DNA from: an uncultured bacterium
Lineage (GTDB): Bacteria > Hydrogenedentota > Hydrogenedentia > Hydrogenedentales > JAEUWI01
DNA length: 48,799 bases
Reading direction: 5' to 3'
Assembly (NCBI GenBank): GCA_963977445.1
Contig: CAXBPH010000010.1
Coordinates: 1 to 48,799, forward strand
A program made the translations under genes and the position numbers. Below are positions 19,443 to 27,929 of this stretch, piece after piece (within the stretch, counting starts at the first letter, position 1; each line of letters starts with the position of its first letter). The notes below the pieces were generated by a model. The model ran no database searches, had not been told where the DNA came from, and saw nothing but the letters and a program-made list of their open reading frames with translations.

Positions 19443-19844
19443 TCACCCCGATCTAGAAGGCAACAGCACGTATCGTAGGAAAGCGCTCTCCCGAAGCATT
19501 GTATGTGGGACCATATGGCATGACACACTCAACTCGATAGGTCGCCATATTGCACCATGCCAGTCGAAACACTGCTGAGCGATTAGAACCGCGTAGTTCT
19601 TTCCCGGCAACAGCCTCTTATCATAACACACCGACAGCTGGTGGCTCGATCCGTTGTGGTCTGTAATGACCCCATCTACGTACGATGCCACCGTTCCAAA
19701 TTCCGGAACAACGCGAGAAAAGTCCGTGCAATCGCCTCGGCCACCAATCGGTGAGGCAAGCAGAACAAAAAACGGATATCCGACCTTTCTGGGCTGCTCC
19801 GATGCTGGCAAATCCGTGACGACACGAATAAGAAATGTAGGCAT
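19443..19844 (-). CDS. Hypothetical protein upstream of brxA (doubtful)
   Basis: 133-aa ORF ending 3 bp before brxA; no clear RBS and no recognised motif. Confidence 0.3.
   Translation of the reverse strand: MPTFLIRVVTDLPASEQPRKVGYPFFVLLASPIGGRGDCTDFSRVVPEFGTVASYVDGVITDHNGSSHQLSVCYDKRLLPGKNYAVLIAQQCFDWHGAIWRPIELSVSCHMVPHTMLRESAFLRYVLLPSRSG
19498..19526 (-). promoter_or_regulatory. Candidate sigma70 promoter of the BREX operon
   Basis: Minus strand GTGTCA-N17-TACAAT about 60 bp upstream of brxA. Confidence 0.4.
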
Positions 19845-20213
19845 CGGGCCAGCTGACCGGACTTAAAGCGAACTCAAATCTTATCCACTTAGGGGGCTAA
19901 ATTCTTGAAGGCAACTGGTCTCCGTCTGGAATTTGGCGGGGTTCTAGGGGAGGCTTCGAGGATGCTTTTTTCGATTTCTACGAAGGTTCTCTACCGTCAG
20001 TCGCGTGGCGGAAAAAGTTCGGTCACCCATTCGCATTTTTCAACAACCTCATGGTACAGTTTGGTTGCCATACAACTATAGCACTATCAATATTAAAAAA
20101 TTCAGCTAGTCAAACTGAAGTGTGGATGGCAAGAATCAAGCGCTCGATTCTGAAATGGGTCGGGCGGAAACATTTTATGGCCTTATAAGAACACGCAGAA
20201 AAAGGAATTTTGA

Positions 20214-20945
20214 ATGCAAGTGAATTACCAGAACCAAAGTAATACCCAGAATCAATTTCACACGGATGGTAAGAACCCATACGTGATGACGAGCGGACTG
20301 CAAGGAGACTATCTTGAGGCCGCAAAGACAGCAAGAAAAATATCTGTTGCGTTGGATGAACTCGCTACGCGCTTGTTAAAGAACGGACGCAGTAGAGAAG
20401 AAGTATTCGAACTGATTCGGAAGAGCGCATTCATTGGGCAGAATGTGTCCGAAGCTCTCATCAACATGAACCGAACATATCAGCCATTGAACGATTCCAG
20501 CAACTCGTTCAGATACGCCTATCTGATTTCAATTCCACCCGCAGTACTGCATCTTTTTCGGCCATATTTGGTCCAGTACTTCAAAGATCCGACTCAAGGA
20601 ATAGGTCCGAACTTGTGGGTGACCAGGAAGTCGATTGAGATCTATATTGCCGTGGATGGATCTGGTGCTCAATGGCGAGATTTGAATCGACTATCGATTG
20701 ATGTTGTCAAAGACATCGCAAATGTCGTTGCTAAGACGGGAAGACCGTTGAAAGAGCAAGTATCGACTTGTGCTGAATCCGAGCAGGTATCGAACATACA
20801 AGACGAACCACCGAAGAACGAGTCGTGTAATCTAGACCAGGAGGAGAGCCAAACGAACAAGAGCATAGCGGACGTGTTGGATGAGCTTTTTCTTCAGGCC
20901 GCTCTACAGATGGAGGTTAGGGAAGGTTCTTCCAGCCTCGATTAG
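20214..20945 (+). CDS. Hypothetical protein with a weak DUF3102-like N-terminus
   Basis: 243-aa ORF with AAAGGA RBS and downstream terminator; palindrome copy about 65 bp upstream. Confidence 0.7.
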   Translation: MQVNYQNQSNTQNQFHTDGKNPYVMTSGLQGDYLEAAKTARKISVALDELATRLLKNGRSREEVFELIRKSAFIGQNVSEALINMNRTYQPLNDSSNSFRYAYLISIPPAVLHLFRPYLVQYFKDPTQGIGPNLWVTRKSIEIYIAVDGSGAQWRDLNRLSIDVVKDIANVVAKTGRPLKEQVSTCAESEQVSNIQDEPPKNESCNLDQEESQTNKSIADVLDELFLQAALQMEVREGSSSLD

Positions 20946-21034
20946 ACAGAGTCGAAACGTCTCCAAGGTGAAGGAGCCTCTGTTGTCAGCACTGTTCTAT
21001 CCTGAATTCATCCTGCAGTTCGTCGCACTATATG

Positions 21035-21067
21035 GCCCCGGAGTTCTTATGCTCCGGGGCTTTTTTT
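21035..21067 (+). terminator. Intrinsic terminator
   Basis: GCCCCGGAG-8 nt-CTCCGGGGC followed by T7. Confidence 0.9.
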
Positions 21068-21080
21068 CATGCTCCCAATT

Positions 21081-21196
21081 GGCGTGCTGAAGGAAACACA
21101 ACCCACTGGTGTGACGGTCGTGACGCTCGGAGAGCTTAAACTCCTATTTACTAGGACGAATAGGGGTTCTTACTTTTACTCCGTCACAAGCATCAC
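21081..21196 (+). repeat. 116-bp direct repeat A, copy 1
   Basis: Ungapped match to 22381-22496 with 15 mismatches by manual count; GTGA(C/T)G units at the left, inverted C(G/A)TCAC units at the right. Confidence 0.9.
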
Positions 21197-21376
21197 AGTC
21201 CTTGGATTCGGTAATTTCTCTGTCCCTCGGTCCTCATACGTGCCGTCTGACAGACGAAAACGATGATACCTTGGCCGCTTTCCCCCCATACCTTTGGTGA
21301 CGCGCACGCAATGAAAAAAAACCGGAAGGTTCGTGTATCGAATCTTCCGGTTTGCGAGCGGTGAGTACGCCTTCGA

Positions 21377-22111
21377 TTAATTGTAATTTCGAAGAGCGGC
21401 TCCTCGGAGCTGATTGAGGGCTGTTTCTGGTGCTTCATGCTCGGAAACGTCTTCAAAATACTGTACCTTCAACTTCGTTTTGGGCAACGGTGCGAAACCG
21501 TTTGCTTCAGCTTCTTTCTCCGTCGGGAGGTCGCGTTCACCTCTGCGATTCCACAAGATGTCAACGAGGGGGACTATGCCATGTTCTTTCAGCACGTGGT
21601 CCTCGTCTTCCGGCTGGTATTCAATCGGGGCTTGTAGGAAGTTGAATCTTTTTGCGGTACACGATGTGACGTGCCGGAGATCCAGGGCGAATCTACCGAT
21701 ACCGTATGCGACGAACCACACCTTGATCGATGTTGGAGAGCAATCGCAGCCGGGAAAACCCGACATCGGTCTATCGACATAATATTGATGTGCGCGCCAG
21801 CTGAATGCCATGAGAACAGGGGAGTGAATCTTCCTTACGTATTCCAGGGCGAATTTATCTTCTTCCGGCGGACCTTCTTCGGGCCAGTAGTCGATTAGTT
21901 GTGCGATATTCTCCACGTTTTTTTGCCACGCACAGGGTTGTAGACAAAGATGATCGCTTTCATATGTACCATGTGCATAGCCTACCCCACTTCGAAAGTG
22001 TTCGAAATAGGATTGCGCGAGATTCAGGCCGTGCTTGGCATCCCGCATGTAGAACTTGTTACGTTGTTGATTCTCCAGAACGATCTGGACTCTTGATTTT
22101 GAACCTTTCAA
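21377..22111 (-). CDS. Hypothetical protein between the two repeat-A copies
   Basis: 244-aa ORF, TTG start after AGAAAGGAA; no recognised family. Confidence 0.6.
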   Translation of the reverse strand: MKGSKSRVQIVLENQQRNKFYMRDAKHGLNLAQSYFEHFRSGVGYAHGTYESDHLCLQPCAWQKNVENIAQLIDYWPEEGPPEEDKFALEYVRKIHSPVLMAFSWRAHQYYVDRPMSGFPGCDCSPTSIKVWFVAYGIGRFALDLRHVTSCTAKRFNFLQAPIEYQPEDEDHVLKEHGIVPLVDILWNRRGERDLPTEKEAEANGFAPLPKTKLKVQYFEDVSEHEAPETALNQLRGAALRNYN

Positions 22112-22290
22112 ATCAACGTTCCTTTCTTGCCCTCACGGGGGCAGTTACTATGTGCCGCCTTATGCGCCACTATAGTCATTCTACCATCATATGCATATAA
22201 TTGCCACTCCACATAGTCAACTAGTACAAAATTAAAATATTCACCCCCCAGCACTTGTGAAAACGCATTGGCGGGCAGAGAGAATCAAAA

Positions 22291-22354
22291 AAAACCGGGG
22301 CAATCCCCATGTTTTTCCACAAGTTTCCAACCGTTGTTACCGGCTCTTGCCGCC
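22291..22354 (+). repeat. About 64-bp direct repeat B, copy 1, with DnaA-box match TTTTCCACA
   Basis: Aligns to 22586-22649; TTTTCCACA at 22313-22321. Confidence 0.75.
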
Positions 22355-22380
22355 GATTCCGAGGCAATCTGCCACCAACG

Positions 22381-22496
22381 GGCGTACTGGACGAAACAAA
22401 ACCCACTGGTGTGATGGTCGTGACGCTCTGAAGGCTTAACCTCCTATTTACCAGGATGAATAAGGGTTCTTACTTTTACTACGTCACGAGCGTCAC
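22381..22496 (+). repeat. 116-bp direct repeat A, copy 2
   Basis: Exactly 1300 bp downstream of copy 1. Confidence 0.9.
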
Positions 22497-22585
22497 GGGG
22501 TATTTTTGTAATGCTGGCTACCCCTCCAATGGGTAAGAATTATCGCGCCCCATTGGCCTTCTCCCCGATAATCGCCCAAAAAAAG

Positions 22586-22649
22586 AAAACCCAGGGTTAT
22601 CCCCAGGTTTTCCACAAGTTTTCAACTGATGCTACCGGGTTTTACCACC
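22586..22649 (+). repeat. About 64-bp direct repeat B, copy 2
   Basis: TTATCCCCA at 22597-22605 and TTTTCCACA at 22608-22616; overlaps the stop of the 22632-22907 gene. Confidence 0.75.
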
Positions 22650-22907
22650 AGCCCCAACAGATTCTCGTTCGATCACGGACTCGTACAATTCCCTGATAAC
22701 GTTGATATCGTGGCAAGGCTGGACAAAATACATTTTTCTACCGTCTTCGAAAGTGAGGACCGTTTTGATGTTGGAGGTATTGTTTTCAAAACGGACGGAT
22801 GATACCGTCTTGCCCAGGATACTGCGGCGAATGGTATCCAGGTGCTTTTTCCCCTCCTTGCTCATCATGAACCGCATAATATCGGTGTAATCAGATCCGT
22901 CTCCCAT
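22632..22907 (-). CDS. Hypothetical protein, last gene of the small-gene operon
   Basis: 91 aa; starts 2 bp after the upstream stop, with a GGAGGAG RBS inside the upstream gene. Confidence 0.7.
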   Translation of the reverse strand: MGDGSDYTDIMRFMMSKEGKKHLDTIRRSILGKTVSSVRFENNTSNIKTVLTFEDGRKMYFVQPCHDINVIRELYESVIERESVGAGGKTR

Positions 22908-22909
22908 GG

Positions 22910-23215
22910 CTAATACTCCTCCGGCAGCAGGAACGTAGTAGCTTGCCGGTTGTGGTCTGTGTCGATTTCGGCATCGGTGATGATCCAGATTTTGGTTTCA
23001 TCCGGGAGTAGGTACGAGCTCAAGATACGGCTACCGTCCTTGATGGCCATGTCGTTGAGATACCCGTCTTCGTCGCTGATAACACCCCAGTCACCGGTCA
23101 GATGTCGTCCAAGATATTCCCGGCCACTGGTGTTGTTTCGTTCGAAAGCCTCCAGGGCACCGGGTGTGGCAACAATCTGACCCAGCTTGAATTTGGGTTT
23201 GGTTTCGGTCTTCAT
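22910..23215 (-). CDS. Conserved plasmid/ICE small protein (RH-x2-GDWG...LLPEEY family)
   Basis: FKLGQIVATPGAL, RHLTGDWG, RILSSY, IWIIT and TTFLLPEEY. Confidence 0.85.
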   Translation of the reverse strand: MKTETKPKFKLGQIVATPGALEAFERNNTSGREYLGRHLTGDWGVISDEDGYLNDMAIKDGSRILSSYLLPDETKIWIITDAEIDTDHNRQATTFLLPEEY

Positions 23216-23373
23216 AGACTGATCTCCGTTATTCCCTGTCCATCTGGCATTGACACCACCGTAAAATGGGTCGCCATTGAATAAGGGTCTCGTTGGATTC
23301 TTAATGCGATTTCAGCCGCATCCTTCGCGGATTCGGCGGTCAGTTCGATTCTCCAGATAACGTGATATTCCAT
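23212..23373 (-). CDS. Small hypothetical protein, 53 aa (not in the ORF track)
   Basis: MEYHVIWRIELTAESAKDAAEIALRIQRDPYSMATHFTVVSMPDGQGITEISL*; GGGGGAAG RBS; TGA overlaps the next ATG (ATGA). Confidence 0.75.
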   Translation of the reverse strand: MEYHVIWRIELTAESAKDAAEIALRIQRDPYSMATHFTVVSMPDGQGITEISL

Positions 23374-23388
23374 GACGCTTCCCCCAGG

Positions 23389-23727
23389 CTATCTCTCTGC
23401 CTGAAACTGGGACACAACCCCGTGAAAATGGCAGGAAGGGCATTCACACGGCGAACCCGACCCCCATTCCGCTTGCTCAGAATTATCAAGCTCCAAATAG
23501 TCATGGAACATGAGCAGAAACTCCTTCACCTGAATCTTGAAGCTGCCTCGATGACGGCACTGCGGACAGGAAAGGGTCTGAATTGATAGGGCATTGTTGG
23601 TCGGATAGTCTTCTTCATAGTCGTCCCAGTCCTCCTCGAAGAAGTCGTGGGTATCTCGTTTTGGTCGCTGAAAATCCTTTCGTATCCAGTTGTAAAGCCA
23701 TTTAAGGACCTTGTAGACGAATTTCAT
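23389..23727 (-). CDS. Small zinc-ribbon protein with acidic linker
   Basis: CPQC...CECPSC, acidic EEDWDDYEED stretch, AGAAAGGAA RBS. Confidence 0.75.
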   Translation of the reverse strand: MKFVYKVLKWLYNWIRKDFQRPKRDTHDFFEEDWDDYEEDYPTNNALSIQTLSCPQCRHRGSFKIQVKEFLLMFHDYLELDNSEQAEWGSGSPCECPSCHFHGVVSQFQAER

Positions 23728-23841
23728 GGTAAATTCCTTTCTAAATGGAAAAACCGCCCTTGGTATAGGCGGTCATGGTTTGGTATCGATTCTGATTGAC
23801 GTTACTGGCCAGCGCTGGCCAATCAGGCTGTAGGGGGGAAA

Positions 23842-24201
23842 TCAAGCGCTTGTTTTCACCGATAGCCGCTGATATAGGGATTGCAGGTCTTGATTGAGTT
23901 GGGTCAACGCAGCGTCAACCATGTCAGGGTAGTAGCCACACCGCTGGAACGCTTCTTCATCGTCGTAGCAACAGCAGCCGAGGTATTCCGTGGCTTCCTG
24001 ACCATTCCAACTGACCGTGACGGCCACGGTAGCCCAGGCCCAGACATCGTCCTGATCCAATCTCATCAGAATTTCGTGCTCAACTTGGTGATCAAATTGT
24101 TCGTCACCCGTATCACACGCGTTTCCTTGGACCGGAATATCATCAGGAGTAGCTTCAATTTGAATCATCACGTCGTTTCTGCCCAGGGTCTTACATGGCA
24201 T
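23842..24201 (-). CDS. Acidic hypothetical protein of mobile elements
   Basis: Start moved to ATG 24201 after AAGGAGG; DIPVQGN...VWAW...YLGCC...GYYPDM. Confidence 0.75.
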   Translation of the reverse strand: MPCKTLGRNDVMIQIEATPDDIPVQGNACDTGDEQFDHQVEHEILMRLDQDDVWAWATVAVTVSWNGQEATEYLGCCCYDDEEAFQRCGYYPDMVDAALTQLNQDLQSLYQRLSVKTSA

Positions 24202-24646
24202 GGGCTTCCTCCTTAGCCACCCGTTTGTAGAAACGCGTTCCGGTCGGGGAATCACAACGCGTGAACAAATGGGATTCATTGGTGAAGTTACCGAAACCAA
24301 TATGTTTCAGATTGGGCTCATCATGAATGGAGGCCAGATTCAAGTTGGGAACCGTATTCGAACCTCCATCAACGATTTCCATCCCCTTTGCCATCAATTC
24401 ACGAACGTATTCCTCATCCGTGGGAACCTGAAATTCTTCGGCTTCACCCAGGTCGTAGGCTCGATGTAGCGCATCTTTCAGATTCCACATGGCATAGAAT
24501 CCCCCCAACTCCACGTGGTGGCCCGGACACTGGCGTGAGCTGTTATCCAATTTTCGGAAGGCTTTCTCTGCCATTTCCCTGGACATATCACCGAGGTCCA
24601 AATGAAATTCTGCCCCGCATTTGTTACAGGTGGTCTTGATGTACAT
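24191..24646 (-). CDS. Hypothetical protein with CxxC...CPGHH putative metal site
   Basis: Start MYIKTTCNKC after an AGAAAGGA RBS. Confidence 0.75.
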   Translation of the reverse strand: MYIKTTCNKCGAEFHLDLGDMSREMAEKAFRKLDNSSRQCPGHHVELGGFYAMWNLKDALHRAYDLGEAEEFQVPTDEEYVRELMAKGMEIVDGGSNTVPNLNLASIHDEPNLKHIGFGNFTNESHLFTRCDSPTGTRFYKRVAKEEAHAM

Positions 24647-24680
24647 GTTGTGGTCCTTTCTGTCCGGCGTTTTGGTAAAG

Positions 24681-24720
24681 AAAAAGCTCCCCACCGTTCG
24701 ATTGGGAACAGTGGGGAGCC
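24681..24720 (-). terminator. Intrinsic terminator/attenuator after the DUF932-like gene
   Basis: Minus strand GCTCCCCACTGTTC...GAACGGTGGGGAGC then T5. Confidence 0.75.
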
Positions 24721-24744
24721 GATTGAAATTGGGTTGTAATCGGA

Positions 24745-25770
24745 TTAGTTGACGAGCGAAAGCAACCGGGACGCCTTGGTATCCAGTTCAGTGCGTTCTC
24801 CGGCATTCGGGTTCTGGCTGGCCAGGCGGGTCAGCGCATCCACAATGCTGAATACGGTGAATTCCCCCTGCTGCTTGGCAATCCGGAGGGCTTCCTTGGC
24901 CAGATTCTGATTGAAACCCCGTTTCGTAAGCTGTTTCAGGGCTTCCTCGTCATCTTTGCCCAACTTTTCCTTCATCGCCTTCTGGATGACGTTCACAAAG
25001 CCATCCCGGCGTTCGTCCCTTTTCTTGGCCAATTGTTCAACGTGGTGACGAATCGGGTCCAGACTGTCATGGACACGGGCGGTGTGCTTCCGGGAAAACT
25101 CGGTCACATCCGTAGCGTCCCAGACGATGTGGTTCTGGCAGACCGCCTGAAACCAGAAGGTCTGAATACCGACCGTTCGCTTTCCGACTTCGCTGTTCCA
25201 GAGAAAGAATCCAGGGGCAAAGGCCTCTCCCTCGATTTCGGTCCATCCCGTAGGGTCGATGAGGAACACGAAAAGATCCTGTTCACCGCAGTACAGGCCT
25301 GAATTTTTCCCTATACCTTCCTGAGCGGGTTGAAAATCCGTAGCGAATTCATTGACAACGCCAAGTAGATCGGCATTGAATAAACGGGTGTAGGTCGAGC
25401 CATGGATGGAGCGGAGGTGGCTGCCCTCAGTCAGAAACTGAAGGGGTTTGGTACCGCTCGGCAGGGTATCCATCAGAATATCCACGGCCGTTTCCGGGCG
25501 CACTTTGTTCACGGTGTCCTTCGCAACCTTTGCAATCTGGCACAGCTGGGTGAAGCTCCAGTTGTTCAGGGTATGATCGCCATCCTCGCCGAGGTTCAAA
25601 ACAGGGCTGAATTCATGGAGAATCGGGCGAATATCACTGGGCGCATGCCACCGTTCCGTAGCGTTCCGCTTCTGCTCGTGGCAATGGTGATAGAGGGTTT
25701 TGAGGTCTGGGAATACCTCGTCGGGTGACCTTTTGAACAATTCGTCACTGGCTCTGGTTAAATGGGGCAT
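24745..25770 (-). CDS. DUF932-like protein
   Basis: WSFTQLC, LRSIHG..YTRL, GFFLWNSEVG and VCQNHIVW motifs; start MPHLTRAS after AGGAG. Confidence 0.75.
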   Translation of the reverse strand: MPHLTRASDELFKRSPDEVFPDLKTLYHHCHEQKRNATERWHAPSDIRPILHEFSPVLNLGEDGDHTLNNWSFTQLCQIAKVAKDTVNKVRPETAVDILMDTLPSGTKPLQFLTEGSHLRSIHGSTYTRLFNADLLGVVNEFATDFQPAQEGIGKNSGLYCGEQDLFVFLIDPTGWTEIEGEAFAPGFFLWNSEVGKRTVGIQTFWFQAVCQNHIVWDATDVTEFSRKHTARVHDSLDPIRHHVEQLAKKRDERRDGFVNVIQKAMKEKLGKDDEEALKQLTKRGFNQNLAKEALRIAKQQGEFTVFSIVDALTRLASQNPNAGERTELDTKASRLLSLVN

Positions 25771-26519
25771 GGCTGTAACTCCTGTTGGGTTGGGGTAATT
25801 TTGGGTGTCGCACATCGCTCTAAAGCGTTTACTTGAAACGGCTTACCAGAATTCTTGGCGATGTGGATCATTCAGGAGTTCATATATATAGTCCCGGGAG
25901 TGGAGAAACCCCGACGGGTGGTGGGTCTCCGCGAATCGAGCGCCTGATTCCAGTCCAGACATTCTGCGCAGACAGCCGGACTCTGGGGCGTTTAGGCTCC
26001 TGTGCCAACAAATCGCTACCCGATAATCGAACGGATACTGGTTTTCCGGAGGCCGCTAACCAAATTACGTATAAGATCTTTTTTAACATAGCTTTATACC
26101 AAAGAATCTAATGCGTTAGATTAGGTAAAGGATAATCGAATCATGGCTTCCTTGGCCCATACACCACCGATGCTGCTTCAGGGGCGGTGCGGTGAAATTT
26201 GCGCTCTTCGGGATTGTGTGGTAAACTTCCCGACGTTACGTATCTTACCAATATTATTTTTAATGCCCCCTCCTGCGGTGCCTATTGCGCTGAAGTGTTG
26301 GGAGCGACGGGTTGACCTGACAGTCGACCTACTTGATTCATTGATTACAAGGGACCTGTGTGTCCCGGTCTATCGAGATACAAGTGTAGTCGCTCAACGC
26401 TTCGGAACAATCTTGGGTGCCCGTTTTTTTTCGGGTCATGTACCCAGTTTTCTCCCTCCGACGTCGAGCCCTTAGATTGTATCTAAGAAGGGCAATAGGA
26501 CCTTCGCCGGGAGACAGCA

Positions 26520-27497
26520 ATGTCTGACCAAAAAAACATCACCCCCATTCTCGCCTATTCGGATCAATTCCGGGAGGCACTTTCCCAGAAAGCCAAGGTC
26601 ATTGAGGCCTTGTGCGCCAACCTCATCGAGTACTGGCTGGATCTTGGTCGGGAACTGACCGAGACCTTGGCAATGTTCGAGGCCGAAGAGCAATCCTTCT
26701 CGGAGTATCGAAAATGGGTTCGCGACGAAACGGATCTTGGCGATACCACCGAGACGAATCTACGTCGGACCTGGAAGTATTTGGACGAGAATCCTGACAA
26801 ATTGGCGGCCGTACCAAAGTCCTATCTGGTTGAGGTCAGATGGAACAAGCTTCAGACGTTTCTCGCAATGGAGGAGAACCGCGAACTGGGTAAGAAAACA
26901 TTCCTGAAGAGTGCGCGAATCACAAGAAGCGGTATTTTTATGCGCTTCACGCACCTTTCCACCACATTCGAGCTCAAGGCCTTGACTACCAGGGAGTTAG
27001 AACGTCTCCGGGATGGAGAGAACCCAGACGGAAAGAAGCCTGACAAATCGAAATCCGGAAAACGGTCTGGAGATGTTCGTGCAAGCAAACTCGAAGCAGA
27101 GAACGAGGAATTGCGGGCTAGGGTCGCCGAGCTTGAGTCGGAAGTGGAGTGGAAGGACCGAAGAATTGATGAGCTGGAACCGGAACTGGAGTGGAAGAGC
27201 CGCAGAATCGACGAACTGGAAGACGCACTTCGGAAGCAGGGAGACCACCTGACTATCGATGTTGCCGCCTCGTCGACGGTGATTGTGGACGAAAACCCTC
27301 TTCCAGAGGGACCGCACGACGCGACGATAGAATCCAGTTACAAGTCCGTACCGTTGCTTGAGGAAAAACCTGCTACGAAAACCGAATCTGATGCGGATAC
27401 TACACAGCAAGATGAATTCACCGAGTACAAGCGGGCCCGGTCTCTGGCCGAAGCTGAGGAGATGGCTGCTTCTGGCGCATGGGGGGAAAAATCATGA
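26520..27497 (+). CDS. DUF3102-like protein with coiled coil and acidic tail
   Basis: WLDLGRELTE...EYRKWVRDETDLG..T pattern; 14-aa coiled-coil repeat; ATGA-coupled to the excisionase. Confidence 0.75.
   Translation: MSDQKNITPILAYSDQFREALSQKAKVIEALCANLIEYWLDLGRELTETLAMFEAEEQSFSEYRKWVRDETDLGDTTETNLRRTWKYLDENPDKLAAVPKSYLVEVRWNKLQTFLAMEENRELGKKTFLKSARITRSGIFMRFTHLSTTFELKALTTRELERLRDGENPDGKKPDKSKSGKRSGDVRASKLEAENEELRARVAELESEVEWKDRRIDELEPELEWKSRRIDELEDALRKQGDHLTIDVAASSTVIVDENPLPEGPHDATIESSYKSVPLLEEKPATKTESDADTTQQDEFTEYKRARSLAEAEEMAASGAWGEKS
27129..27221 (+). repeat. Intragenic 42-bp tandem repeat (two units plus a partial)
   Basis: ELESEVEWKDRRID / ELEPELEWKSRRID / ELE. Confidence 0.85.
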
Positions 27498-27841
27498 TCG
27501 ACGCAACCAAGGAAGATCTGCTGTCGATGTCGGAGCAAGATCAAGCTCAGCTTCTGCTAGCGGTCACCACGCTACTCCTGCAAATGAAAGAAGTGGTGGT
27601 CGGGCTGACCAATAAGGCCGACGAGCACTTTCCACCCAACCGCCCCTTCACCAAAGATGAGGCGGCTCAGTATCTGGGAATCAATCCGGATACGCTGTGC
27701 AAGTGGGCACGACAGGGTCGAATCGCTTATTGCAGATTGGGCGAAGGTGCGAGAGCACCGATGCGTTTCCGGAAGAAGGACCTGGATGCCTTCTTGAGCG
27801 CGTCCAGAATTCCGACGGTGGAAGAAGTATCCAACCGTTAA
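27494..27841 (+). CDS. Excisionase-like HTH protein
   Basis: FTKDEAAQYLGINPDTLCKWARQGRIAYCRLG...RFRKKDLDAFL; convergent with the integrase. Confidence 0.85.
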   Translation: MIDATKEDLLSMSEQDQAQLLLAVTTLLLQMKEVVVGLTNKADEHFPPNRPFTKDEAAQYLGINPDTLCKWARQGRIAYCRLGEGARAPMRFRKKDLDAFLSASRIPTVEEVSNR

Positions 27842-27847
27842 CTAGAC

Positions 27848-27893
27848 GAGAAGGCTCGTTTCGATGGTTCACATCGGGCGGGCCTTCTCTTTT
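27848..27893 (+). terminator. Terminator hairpin between xis and int
   Basis: GAGAAGGCTCGTT..CGATG/CATCG..GGCGGGCCTTCTC followed by TTTT. Confidence 0.65.
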
Positions 27894-27929
27894 CGGACGT
27901 ACCAGTAGCCTGAAAACGGCCCATATGCC

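Noticed and set aside
20940..21030. GATTAGAC-AGA-GTCGAAAC as a hammerhead ribozyme
   Set aside because: Lacks the CTGANGA core and convincing stems I and III.
21081..22649. Repeats A and B as a CRISPR array or integron attC sites
   Set aside because: Too long, only two copies each, no regular spacers, and no cas or IntI gene.
25833..26520. Short ORFs in the divergent intergenic region
   Set aside because: No RBS or motifs, and they overlap each other; more likely regulatory DNA.
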